A stretch of DNA of 64,000 bases from an uncultured delta proteobacterium (GTDB lineage: Bacteria; Desulfobacterota; Binatia; Binatales; Binataceae), in contig CAVQEQ010000001.1 in the NCBI GenBank assembly GCA_963711565.1, positions 672,001-736,000 on the forward strand, written 5' to 3'. The position numbers and the translations under genes are program-made. Below the pieces are notes generated by a model that saw only the letters and a list, made by a program, of their open reading frames with translations, ran no database searches and was not told where the DNA came from. Below, piece by piece: positions 43,907 to 53,197 of the stretch. The first letter of the stretch is position 1. The number at the start of each line of letters is the position of its first letter.

Positions 43907-45364
43907 ATGCGCGGATTGAAAGACGGGTATGGTCTTGCGGGTTTAATCGTAATTCTCGTTTGCGGCTTCCTGGTGCTCGATCTGGGTGGCCCTATGAAAG
44001 CGGCCGCCAGCCCGGTGAAGATCACTTCGCCCGCGGGTGGCAGCGTGGTGAGCGGCACGGTGCCGATCTCTCTCTCGATGAAGTCCAAGGTCTCATTCGC
44101 GAACGTATACGTAGACGGCATATATCTCGCTTCGACCCCAGCCGCAATTTCGTGGTTATCAACCAATGCCGCCAACGGCATTCATACAATTTTAGCCGAA
44201 GGCTACGACTCAACCAGTCAACTGGTTGGAACTTCCTCCAAAAAAGTCCGCGTAAAAAACGAACCGACTCCGACCGCGACACCCACGCCGAGCGCAGGAG
44301 TGACGATTTCGTCGCCGAAGAGCGGCGCGACGGTTTCCAGCACGGTGTCTATTGTGGTGCAAAACGTCGAACCGGTCAGTTGGGTTAATTTCTACGTCGA
44401 TGGGACCTGGGTCGCGTCTTCTCCTCCGTTCACCCTCTCCTGGAATTCGGCAAGCGTGGCGAACGGCGAGCACACCATCACGGTCAACGGATACAACGAC
44501 AGTAACGGATTAATCGCGACCGCCGCCATGAACTTGAACGTTAAAAATGGTTCGGCAACCCCCACTCCCGCCCCTTCTCCAACTCCGGCGCCGAGCGGCA
44601 GTCCGACCCCGAAGCCCACCGCCAGTCCGTCGGCGACCGCCACTCCTTACTACTCACTCTTGCCGAGTGGCTCAGCTCTGCCGTCCGATAGCACCTGCGC
44701 CTCCGGTGCTGCGAGCGACACCTTCGAGCCAGTGCCCGCAAACGCCACATACAACAACACCATGCCGACTGCATCTGACATGACCACTTACAAGTCCGAG
44801 GCCACTGACGGTGAAGGCGGGGCTCCAGGGAGTTACCTGGTGCGCGCGGATGGCCAGTTCACCGGCACTACCGATGCGATTCTCAAGTGGGCGTCATGTA
44901 AGTGGGGCTTTGACGAGAACGTGACGCGAGCTACCGCGGTCAACGAGACTCATTGGATTCAGAACCATATCGGAGACATCGGCAACGGCACGAGCCTGGG
45001 AATCCTCCAAATCAAGTCGTCCGATTATCCATCCACCTGCGAAGCGGTCGCGTCGAGCCAGGATACTTCGGACGTGACCGATCCTAATTGCTATTCGTAC
45101 CTCAGCACGGCCTTTGCAGCTGATTATAAGCTGGCCCAGCAAAGAGCATGTTTCGAAGGCCAGGTCAGCTACCTAACGTCGGAAACACCGACCGCAGGAT
45201 ACCCGACTTATCCGAACGGTACATCTGAGCAAATGATGTGGGGGTGCGTTGGATGGTGGTACTCGGGGAGTTGGTACGATTCAGGCGCTTTGAGCTACAT
45301 ATCGCAAGTTCAAGGATACCTGGCGGCCGAGACTTGGTTGCAACCCGGAGGAGTAGGAGAATAG
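43907..45364 (+). CDS. Secreted protein with two bacterial Ig-like domains, Pro/Thr linkers and a lysozyme-like domain (paralogue B)
   Basis: ATG 43907 after GGGAGG; signal peptide; VKITSP..G..VSGTV / YVDG / NG.HTI repeats; C-terminal domain nearly identical to 42548..43375. Confidence 0.85.
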   Translation: MRGLKDGYGLAGLIVILVCGFLVLDLGGPMKAAASPVKITSPAGGSVVSGTVPISLSMKSKVSFANVYVDGIYLASTPAAISWLSTNAANGIHTILAEGYDSTSQLVGTSSKKVRVKNEPTPTATPTPSAGVTISSPKSGATVSSTVSIVVQNVEPVSWVNFYVDGTWVASSPPFTLSWNSASVANGEHTITVNGYNDSNGLIATAAMNLNVKNGSATPTPAPSPTPAPSGSPTPKPTASPSATATPYYSLLPSGSALPSDSTCASGAASDTFEPVPANATYNNTMPTASDMTTYKSEATDGEGGAPGSYLVRADGQFTGTTDAILKWASCKWGFDENVTRATAVNETHWIQNHIGDIGNGTSLGILQIKSSDYPSTCEAVASSQDTSDVTDPNCYSYLSTAFAADYKLAQQRACFEGQVSYLTSETPTAGYPTYPNGTSEQMMWGCVGWWYSGSWYDSGALSYISQVQGYLAAETWLQPGGVGE

Positions 45365-45446
45365 CGCTTCCGTAAGATTGTAATGCTAACGACGGCTATC
45401 GGAGAAAGGTCGTCGAAGTGGAAATGGAACGGGCTTGTCGCTGAAT

Positions 45447-45461
45447 TTGTAATAACTACAA
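45447..45461. promoter_or_regulatory. TTGTA-N5-TACAA box upstream of the EPS operon
   Basis: TTGTAATAACTACAA inside the longer inverted repeat CGCTGAA...TTCAGCG. Confidence 0.55.
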
Positions 45462-45653
45462 TTCAGCGCGGGCCCGTTCGTCTTTCAGAATGACACGATA
45501 CTCTCCATCGCGCTGATTCTGTAACCAAGTCTTATCCCCTGATCATCTTATCGCCGATTCAGCAGCCCGACTCGGCTTGTAATCATTTCACAGTACGCGC
45601 AGCCCATCAGACCCGACGCTCCCATTTCCGCACCCTTTCGGATCGATCGGCAA

Positions 45654-45668
45654 TGGCACGCGAGTTGC
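45654..45668 (+). promoter_or_regulatory. sigma-54 promoter of the main EPS operon
   Basis: TGGCACGCGAGTTGC, a perfect consensus match. Confidence 0.8.
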
Positions 45669-45775
45669 CATTGGTAGTCCGAGCGCGCACGCAAATGCTG
45701 GCGCTGAATCAGTGGGCGGGTTTTGACCTATCGAGAGAGCCGATCTCGCTGGAATTCTTGAGGATGCGTGAGACC

Positions 45776-46564
45776 ATGGCACTCAATCGTGGAATTCGGG
45801 ACAGGATTTCAAACCACACGAAGCTGGCCGCCTGGGCGATGGTGATAGCTGTCGCAGTCGGCGGATGCTCCGCGGGAAATAGCAAGAGTCAGAGCGAGCG
45901 CGACCAATTCGCGTCGAAGCCGATGACGCCCGAGCAGTGTGCGGCCAACGCCGACATCGAAAAGAGCGCGGAGAGCGCGCCGCAGCAGGACTCCGACTAT
46001 CGCATTCAGCCGGGCGATCAACTCGCGCTCGACTTCTACATGAACTCCGAGTTCAACGACACCGCCACCGTAGATCCAAACGGCAAAATCGAACTGCGGA
46101 TGGTTGGTCCGGTGCAAGCCGCCGGCCTGACGCCGAGTCAATTGGCCAAGTCAATCGACAATGCTTACCGCAACGAGCTCCGAAATCCGGGCGCGGTGGT
46201 TCACCTCAACAACCTGCCGAGCAGACAGATCTATGTAGAAGGTGAAGTCCAGAAACCCGGCGGCTTTCCGCTGCAACCTGGAATGACCGCGGTGCAGGCG
46301 CTGGCGCTGGCTGGCGGAGTGACTGACAGCTCAGATCCGCAGAGCGCCGTCCTGATTCGCCGCGACGCCTGCGGACAGCCGCAAGGAACCAAGATCGATC
46401 TGGCAGCGGTTACCAGCAATCCGGGCTCCGCAGACAACGTCGCCTTGATGCCGCGTGACGTGGTGGTCGTGCCGAAGAGCGGGATTGCGAATGCGGATCT
46501 GTGGGTTAAGCAACACATAAGAGACATTCTGCCGGTGGAACCATACATATCTCCTACTTTTTAG
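45776..46564 (+). CDS. wza: Polysaccharide export lipoprotein (Wza/OPX, SLBB domain)
   Basis: Lipobox VGG-C; DYRIQPGDQL, VDPNGKI.L..VG.V.AAGLT, IYVEGEVQKPG, QALALAGG, DVVVVP. Start moved downstream of the promoter. Confidence 0.9.
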   Translation: MALNRGIRDRISNHTKLAAWAMVIAVAVGGCSAGNSKSQSERDQFASKPMTPEQCAANADIEKSAESAPQQDSDYRIQPGDQLALDFYMNSEFNDTATVDPNGKIELRMVGPVQAAGLTPSQLAKSIDNAYRNELRNPGAVVHLNNLPSRQIYVEGEVQKPGGFPLQPGMTAVQALALAGGVTDSSDPQSAVLIRRDACGQPQGTKIDLAAVTSNPGSADNVALMPRDVVVVPKSGIANADLWVKQHIRDILPVEPYISPTF

Positions 46565-46596
46565 CTGATGAACCTTGGCTGGGAATCGATAAGAGT

Positions 46597-48114
46597 ATGT
46601 TGCCAATTAACTACAGAGACTATGTGGAGCTTATCTATCGACGCCGCCGGACCGCTCTTATTGCCGGCTTGACAGTCTTTGGCGTCGTTGCGGTCGGAAC
46701 ACTTCTATGGCCGCCCGTCTATTCGTCGAACTGCCAGGTATTGGTTCAGGATAATCGCGCGCAGTTGCTCGTGTCGCCGGACCTGCAGGTCAATGCGCCG
46801 CAAAATTCCGGCTCGGTCAGCAATCCAGTAAGCGAACAGGACCTCAACTCGGAACGCGAGTTGATTACCAGCCTGTACCTGGTCCGGCTGGCGCTGCAGG
46901 ACCTTCCCGTTCCTCCCGCATATGCGCATCGCTCGGGCATGGCAGTGGCTGCCGTTAAGAGCGCACTGCTGCTGCCGCTACACGGCTATCAGACACTGCA
47001 TGACATTCCGAATCTCACTCCACGGGACGCGTGGGCGATGGATATCGTGCGCAACCTCGATGCGTCTGTCATCAAGCGCTCCAACATCATCGATGTCGAA
47101 TTTCACTCGCACGACCGTCGTTGGACGAAAGACTTTCTGGACCGGTTGATGAGCCGGTACCTGGAGTTCCACGCCAGTTTGTCGCATGACCCTCAGGCTG
47201 AGAAATTCTACGAGCAGCAAACCCAACTGCTGAAGGATCGGCTCGATCAATCCGAGGCGAAGCTGCGCGATTATCAGCTCAAGACTGGCATCAGCAATCT
47301 CGACGAACAAAAGCGCGTACTCATCGGCCGCATTTCCGACCTGCAAAATACGGCTGCCAAAACCGACGCGGAGATTTCTGGAAACCAGCAGCAGGCATCA
47401 GCCTTCCAGTCGCAGTTGAGCAGCACGCCGGAGCGTATTCAGAAGGAGACCCATCAGGTTCAGGATCTGGCCTTGCAGCAATTGAAACCTCAGGTGATGC
47501 AGCTGCGCGCGGAAAAGGCCGAGCTACTCACGCGCTATCAGCCGGGTAGCGAGCGAATCAAGGAGATCGACGCCAAGCTGGCGGCCGAGGAGGCCATCCT
47601 CGACAAGGAAAATCACCTCGAGGTCAACGAGCAGCTCACTGACGTGAATCCGGTCTGGATCACGGAGCAGACCGATCTTAAGCAAGCGAGCGCCGCGGCG
47701 GCCTCGGGAAAAGCCTCTCGCGATGAGCTCAATGTAGAGATTGGCGCCGCAAATCAGCAACTCGCGGCCCTTGTAAATAATGGCGTCGAGTTCCAGCGTC
47801 TGCAGCGCCAGGCGACCTCGGATTCCGATGCCTACCAGGTTTACGTTCGCAAGACCGAAGAGGCGCGCGCGTCCGAAGCGCTGAACAGCAACAAGCTTCT
47901 CAACGTCAGCGTGGCGCAGCCGCCGATTGACCCTGTCGTGCCGTCGTTTCCCAGCGTCCCGTTCAACCTGCTCGTCGGTCTTGTGCTCGCAACTCTTTTC
48001 GGAGCCGGTGCGGCTTACTGGGCGGAAGAAGTCGATCCGAAAATTTATTCTTCCGGCGTCGTTAGCGAACTGACCGGACTGCCGATTGTCGCAGTCCTGA
48101 GCGACCGGGTGTAA
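46597..48114 (+). CDS. Polysaccharide co-polymerase (Wzc N-terminal/GumC-like)
   Basis: Two terminal TM helices flanking a long coiled-coil; PPVYSS, SNIIDVEF, LPIVAVL. Confidence 0.88.
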   Translation: MLPINYRDYVELIYRRRRTALIAGLTVFGVVAVGTLLWPPVYSSNCQVLVQDNRAQLLVSPDLQVNAPQNSGSVSNPVSEQDLNSERELITSLYLVRLALQDLPVPPAYAHRSGMAVAAVKSALLLPLHGYQTLHDIPNLTPRDAWAMDIVRNLDASVIKRSNIIDVEFHSHDRRWTKDFLDRLMSRYLEFHASLSHDPQAEKFYEQQTQLLKDRLDQSEAKLRDYQLKTGISNLDEQKRVLIGRISDLQNTAAKTDAEISGNQQQASAFQSQLSSTPERIQKETHQVQDLALQQLKPQVMQLRAEKAELLTRYQPGSERIKEIDAKLAAEEAILDKENHLEVNEQLTDVNPVWITEQTDLKQASAAAASGKASRDELNVEIGAANQQLAALVNNGVEFQRLQRQATSDSDAYQVYVRKTEEARASEALNSNKLLNVSVAQPPIDPVVPSFPSVPFNLLVGLVLATLFGAGAAYWAEEVDPKIYSSGVVSELTGLPIVAVLSDRV

Positions 48115-48119
48115 CGGCC

Positions 48120-49448
48120 ATGTATTACGAGCACTTCGGACTCGATGGACCGCCGTTTCGCTTCTCGTCGTCCGCGGCAGCTCTATATCTCAGCGTCACT
48201 CATCGCGAATGCCTTGCCGCGCTGGAATGGGGGCTGCTGCATGATCAATGCGGATTCATGCTGCTGACCGGCGAAACCGGCACCGGTAAGACCACGCTGC
48301 TGAATGCGGTTTTCGCGCGCCGACTCCCGAACCTTCACCTGGCCTGCGTAACCAATCCGAGGCTCAGCTTCGAGGAAATTCTTCGCGTTGTGCTGCCGCA
48401 GCTGGGAGTGACGACCAACGAACGGGGCAAGCTGGAATTGATCCAGGCGCTCGAACGCGCGGTGGCAAATCAGCCTGAAGGTCATCGCACTGCAATTGTA
48501 ATCGATGAGGCCCAGGTTCTCAGCGACGAGAGTCTCGAAGACTTTCGCCTGCTCGCGAACCGTATCGGTTCGCAGGATCGCGATCTCCAGATTGTTCTGA
48601 TGGGGCATCCTGAGATGATCGAGCGGCTGTCGGCGCATAACTTGAGGCAGCTGCGGGAACGAATCTCGACCAACGTGTCCCTGCTTCCGCTCAGCCGGAC
48701 TGAGAGCATCGCATATGTTTACTACCGACTAGAGTCGCAAAATGGAACGCCGCGGATCTTCGACGCTGATGCCCTGCGCCTCCTTGTCGATGCCGCCGCC
48801 GGAATTCCCAGGCGTCTCAACGTTCTATGCCACAACTCCCTGGTTCTCGCGTATTCGAAAAGCGCGGGCACAGTAACACGGAGCATCGCGCGAGAAGTCA
48901 TCGAGGACAACGCGAGCATCATCCGCCCATGCGTGCGTCAGAAGCGGCCCATCGTGCCCCGCCGTGCGGAGCCTGCCATTCGCCCGCCGACAACGCTGAT
49001 ACGTGCTGCTGGTTTGTGCGCCGCAGTTGCCGTCGTTGGGATGGGCGCCGTCCTTCTACCGGCGGCGCACGATTGGGCGGGCCGGTTCAATCACTCGATT
49101 CCGCCGGTTGCAGACGCCGCGTCGCCGGCTCCTCCGCAAGCTCCTTCCGAGCACGTTGCAGAAGATAAGCCCGTCGCGGCGTCGCCTGGCTACGCAACGT
49201 CCATCGCCAATACCTCTGCCGCGACGATGCAGAGTCAACCAGAGACTGCGCCTCATCAGACGCCGATTCACATTCAAGCAGGCGACACGTTTCACGATCT
49301 GGCCGCCAAGTACCTCGGCTCCAAAGATCGGACCCCCGATTTGATCAAGGCCAATCCGCAAATACCCGATCCGAATGTTCTCTATATCGGCGAGACCGTC
49401 TACTTGCCTTCAACCCGTAGCAACGACCAAGCGAGAGCAGTGCGGTGA
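48120..49448 (+). CDS. ExeA-like AAA ATPase with a TM helix and C-terminal LysM domain
   Basis: MYYEHFGLDGPPF, TGETGTGKTT, VIDEAQ, LMGHPE, GIPRRLN; IQAGDT...LIKANPQIPDPNVLYIGETVYLP. Confidence 0.9.
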   Translation: MYYEHFGLDGPPFRFSSSAAALYLSVTHRECLAALEWGLLHDQCGFMLLTGETGTGKTTLLNAVFARRLPNLHLACVTNPRLSFEEILRVVLPQLGVTTNERGKLELIQALERAVANQPEGHRTAIVIDEAQVLSDESLEDFRLLANRIGSQDRDLQIVLMGHPEMIERLSAHNLRQLRERISTNVSLLPLSRTESIAYVYYRLESQNGTPRIFDADALRLLVDAAAGIPRRLNVLCHNSLVLAYSKSAGTVTRSIAREVIEDNASIIRPCVRQKRPIVPRRAEPAIRPPTTLIRAAGLCAAVAVVGMGAVLLPAAHDWAGRFNHSIPPVADAASPAPPQAPSEHVAEDKPVAASPGYATSIANTSAATMQSQPETAPHQTPIHIQAGDTFHDLAAKYLGSKDRTPDLIKANPQIPDPNVLYIGETVYLPSTRSNDQARAVR

Positions 49449-50248
49449 GCAAATACTACGACCTAATCAATCGAAACGCGGCCGTCATCCGGGAACCGCT
49501 ACCATCGCCCCGCGAGCGTGCGAAGCTCGTTGCGAAAACGCGAGAGCTGGTCGAGCAATCGCTGCGCGAAGTCACGCCGAGGCCCGCCGCACTTGCGGAC
49601 ACGTTCTTGCCCAAGCCGATCGAGCATGATTTGCCGACGATGCTGGCGCGGCAGGACGCTATTCGCCAGTTGAGCGAGCGGATGGCGCCGACTGCGGCGG
49701 TGGAAAAATCGTGCAGGGTCGCCATCTCAGGATGCCGTCCGCGCGACGGCGCATCCTCAATCGCTGCCGCGTTGGCGTTGGATCTCAGCCAGCGGCTTTC
49801 CATGCGCACAATCCTGGTGGACGCAAATCTCCAGAGTCCCAGCCTGCACGGCGTGATATCGCCGTCGGAGCGGGTGACACAGATCACGTTGGACGGTTCT
49901 CTGCAACTTCGCACCACCGGATGGTCGCGTTTGACGCTGGCGACTTGCTGTATGCAGGGCGACGACGATCAGCGCGACGCGGTGATCGCGGAACTAAGCA
50001 CCGTCCTCAGCACTTTTCCCGCCGCCGTGATCGATCTCGGAGTCGCGCGGCTCGATCCGCGAACGTTGCCGCTGATGCGTCCGACCGATCCGATCTTGCT
50101 GGTGATCCGCTACGGCCAGACCGAACGCAAGGAGCTCGAGACCACGGCAGCCGCACTGCGCGTAGCCGATCGAACAGTCGCGGGCGTGATTATGAATGCG
50201 CGACCGCCGCGGCTGCGAACATCTTCGGCAGAGTACCTGCAGCATTAA
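49445..50248 (+). CDS. CpsD/CapB-type BY-kinase homologue, degenerate
   Basis: ISGCRPRDGASS (Walker A without Lys), ILVDANLQSP, VIDLG, LLVIRYGQT, VAGVIMN. Confidence 0.8.
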   Translation: MSKYYDLINRNAAVIREPLPSPRERAKLVAKTRELVEQSLREVTPRPAALADTFLPKPIEHDLPTMLARQDAIRQLSERMAPTAAVEKSCRVAISGCRPRDGASSIAAALALDLSQRLSMRTILVDANLQSPSLHGVISPSERVTQITLDGSLQLRTTGWSRLTLATCCMQGDDDQRDAVIAELSTVLSTFPAAVIDLGVARLDPRTLPLMRPTDPILLVIRYGQTERKELETTAAALRVADRTVAGVIMNARPPRLRTSSAEYLQH

Positions 50249-50279
50249 TGACTTCATCCCAATCGACGAGGATAACCCG

Positions 50280-51464
50280 GTGTTGATTCAAAACGGCTAT
50301 CGTAACGGCGCATCGAAAAACGGGCATTCGACCGGCCCACTGAAAATCGAGAACCCGATTGGCTCGATCGGGATTGAACGTCCCAGCTTGCCCGTCAAAC
50401 TCCATCCAATCGCCGCGGTCAAAGAACAGCGCGCGCAACTGAACGGAATCGGTGTCGTGGGACTCGGCTATTGGGGGCCCAACTGGGTCCGCAATTTCCA
50501 TCAGAACCAGTGCACCCGGCGGCTCGTCGCATGCGATCTCGACGCGAAACGGCGGACGCATGTCAGCCAGTTGTATTCGGACCTCGAAACAACTGCGCGT
50601 TTCGAAGACTTGCTCAACGACTCCGACATCGAGGGCATCGTGATCGCGACCCCCGTCGGTACCCATTACGCGATGGCCCGACGAGCGCTCGAAGCCGGCA
50701 AGTCGGTGCTGGTGGAGAAGCCGCTCGCAACGTCAACCGAAGAGGCCGACGAACTGGTCAAGATTGCACGTGAGCGAAAGCTCGTCCTCATGGTCGGGCA
50801 CACTTTCGAGTACAGCGCTCCGGTTCTGAAGATGCACGACATAATCCAGTCGGGCGAGCTCGGCGACGTGTTCTACATCAGTTCCGTGCGCGCCAACCTC
50901 GGCCTCTTTCAGCGCGACGTCAACGTGACGTGGGATCTAGCGACTCACGACATTTCGATCATCCTGAACCTGATGGGCGGCCGCGTGCCCGAAGCAGTGA
51001 GCTGCCAGGGCGAATGTCACTACGGCCACGGCGTCGAGGATGTCGCGATGCTGACGTTGCGCTTCGAACGAAACATCATCGCGTTCATCCACGTCAGCTG
51101 GCTCGATCCCGACAAGATTCGCCGAACTACCGTGGTCGGGTCGCGCAAGATGCTGGTGTACGACGATACCGCGCCGCAGGAAAAAATCCGCATCTACGAC
51201 AAGGGAGTGACGGCGCAAAAGTACTACGACACTTTCGGTGAGTTCCAGTTCTCGTATCGCTACGGCGACATCCAGATTCCCCGAATCGAGGAAAAGGAGC
51301 CCCTGTTTTGCGAGTGCGAACACTTCGTCAGGTGCTTGAAGAGCGGCGAAACGCCGAACACCGACGGCATCAACGGCGCGCGCGTCGTGAGTGTGCTCGA
51401 GGCAGCGAACTATTCGCTGCGCAGGGGCGGCCTGATGGTCCCGCTCGGGAATGCGGTGCGATGA
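50280..51464 (+). CDS. Gfo/Idh/MocA oxidoreductase (WbpB/WlbA-like nucleotide-sugar 3-dehydrogenase)
   Basis: GTG 50280 after GAGGA; GVVGLGYWG, IATP, VLVEKP, MVGH, WDLATHD. Confidence 0.88.
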   Translation: MLIQNGYRNGASKNGHSTGPLKIENPIGSIGIERPSLPVKLHPIAAVKEQRAQLNGIGVVGLGYWGPNWVRNFHQNQCTRRLVACDLDAKRRTHVSQLYSDLETTARFEDLLNDSDIEGIVIATPVGTHYAMARRALEAGKSVLVEKPLATSTEEADELVKIARERKLVLMVGHTFEYSAPVLKMHDIIQSGELGDVFYISSVRANLGLFQRDVNVTWDLATHDISIILNLMGGRVPEAVSCQGECHYGHGVEDVAMLTLRFERNIIAFIHVSWLDPDKIRRTTVVGSRKMLVYDDTAPQEKIRIYDKGVTAQKYYDTFGEFQFSYRYGDIQIPRIEEKEPLFCECEHFVRCLKSGETPNTDGINGARVVSVLEAANYSLRRGGLMVPLGNAVR

Positions 51465-51988
51465 GTGCGGCAATCGAGCAGCGCCAGCTTCCGCAATTCA
51501 CCTGCGTCGCCGATGACGTGCGGATGGGCGAGCGCGTGCGCCTGGCCTCTTACGTAAATCTCTACGGCTGCGAAATTGGCGACGACACACGGCTCGGTGC
51601 GTTCGTCGAGGTTCAACGTGACGCGAAAATCGGGCGGCGCTGCAAAATCTCGAGCCACACGTTCGTGTGCTCCGGCGTGACGATCGAGGACGAAGTCTTC
51701 GTCGGTCACGGCGTCATCTTCATCAACGACCGCTATCCGCGCGCGACCGGCGCCGGCGGTGCGCCGCAAACCGAGAACGACTGGAAGCTGGAACATACCG
51801 TGGTGAGAGACGGTGCGTCGATCGGCAGCGGCGCGATCGTGATGTGCGGAGTCGAAATTGGAGCGGGCGCACTGGTCGGTGCGGGCGCGATGGTTGTTCG
51901 CGACGTACCCGCCGGCGCAATCGTCGCGGGCCATCCGGCGCGCGTGCGCGGACCCGTAGGTTCGTCGAAAGAGAGGTCGGCGCGATGA
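51461..51988 (+). CDS. Hexapeptide-repeat N-acetyltransferase (WbpD/WlbB-like)
   Basis: NLYGCEIG, KISSHTFVC.GVTIED.VFVGHGV.FIND, GASIGSGA, VAGHPAR. Confidence 0.9.
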   Translation: MSAAIEQRQLPQFTCVADDVRMGERVRLASYVNLYGCEIGDDTRLGAFVEVQRDAKIGRRCKISSHTFVCSGVTIEDEVFVGHGVIFINDRYPRATGAGGAPQTENDWKLEHTVVRDGASIGSGAIVMCGVEIGAGALVGAGAMVVRDVPAGAIVAGHPARVRGPVGSSKERSAR

Positions 51989-53187
51989 AAATAAAATTTG
52001 TGGACCTGGCCGCGCAAAACCTGGAGATCGCCGAGCGCGTCGGGTTCGAACTCGACCTGATTCACTCCAACACCTCTTACGTCGGCGGTCACCAGGTCGA
52101 AAGCTTCGAGCGTGAATTCGCCGATTTCCTCGGCGTGAAGCGCGTCATCGGCGTCGCCAACGGAACCGACGCAATTCGCATCGCTCTGCTGGCGCTCGGC
52201 GTCGGCCCCGGCGACGAAGTCGTCACCGTGCCCATGACCTTCATCGCTACCGCGGCTTCGATCGTGCAAACCGGCGCGCGTCCGAGGTTCGTCGATATCG
52301 ATCCCGCTACCGGCAACATGAGCATCCCCGCGCTGCGCAGCTTTCTGGAATCCTTGTCGCGCAACGAGCGCCGCGCGGTTCGCGCCATCGTTCCGGTACA
52401 TCTATATGGGCTGCCGGCGCCGATGGTCGAGCTCAAGGAAATCGCGGCGGAGTTCAAGCTCAAACTGGTCGAAGATGCATGCCAGGCTCACGGCGCTCGC
52501 GTCCGCACTGCCGACGGGATGGCAATGGCGGGAACGCTCGGCGACGCCGGATGCTTCAGCTTCTACCCCGGCAAAAATCTCGGCGCGTGGGGCGACGGAG
52601 GCGCGGTCGCGACCAACGACGACGAAGTTGCGCGGCGGGTTTCGCTTCTGAGCAATCACGGCCGCTTGTCGCACTACGCGCACGAGCTTTGCGGATACAA
52701 CTCGCGACTCGATTCGATCCAGGCCGCGGTCCTGCGCGCGAAGCTGGAAAAGCTCGCCGAGTGGAACGAGCGCCGCCGCGTAATCGCTTCCGCGTATCGC
52801 GAGTTGCTCGCGCCGATGGACGTTCACCCGATTCTCCCGCCCGACGGCATCGAATCCTGCTTCCACCTCTTTGTCGTTCGAAGCCCACGGCGCGACGCCA
52901 TCCGCAATGCGCTGCTGCAAAATGATATCGAGTGCGGAATCCACTATCCCGTTCCGCTTCATCTTCAGCCCGCGCTGGCCTATCTCGGCTATCGGCCAGG
53001 TGATTTCCCCGCGAGCGAAGCTTTGGCGGATACCACTCTGTCGTTGCCGATGCATCCGCATCTGAACGGAATGGAAATTCTACGAACTGTCGAGACTGTG
53101 GCCTCAGCACTCTTGCCGGCGAACGAACGGGTCTCCGCGCAGCGCAGCAACGCTTCACAGCTCGATACTGCATCCCCCGACGCATGA
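51985..53187 (+). CDS. DegT/DnrJ/EryC1/StrS aminotransferase (WbpE/WlbC-like)
   Basis: NGTDA, TFIAT, PVHLYG, EDACQAHG, FSFYPGKNLG..GDGG, GYNSRLD, HYPVPLH. Confidence 0.93.
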   Translation: MKIKFVDLAAQNLEIAERVGFELDLIHSNTSYVGGHQVESFEREFADFLGVKRVIGVANGTDAIRIALLALGVGPGDEVVTVPMTFIATAASIVQTGARPRFVDIDPATGNMSIPALRSFLESLSRNERRAVRAIVPVHLYGLPAPMVELKEIAAEFKLKLVEDACQAHGARVRTADGMAMAGTLGDAGCFSFYPGKNLGAWGDGGAVATNDDEVARRVSLLSNHGRLSHYAHELCGYNSRLDSIQAAVLRAKLEKLAEWNERRRVIASAYRELLAPMDVHPILPPDGIESCFHLFVVRSPRRDAIRNALLQNDIECGIHYPVPLHLQPALAYLGYRPGDFPASEALADTTLSLPMHPHLNGMEILRTVETVASALLPANERVSAQRSNASQLDTASPDA

Positions 53188-53197
53188 GTTGATTTCG

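Noticed and set aside
42659-45342. Duplicated domain as an assembly artefact or transposon-mediated duplication
   Set aside because: The copies differ at many synonymous positions and have different N-termini; no transposase or terminal repeats were seen.
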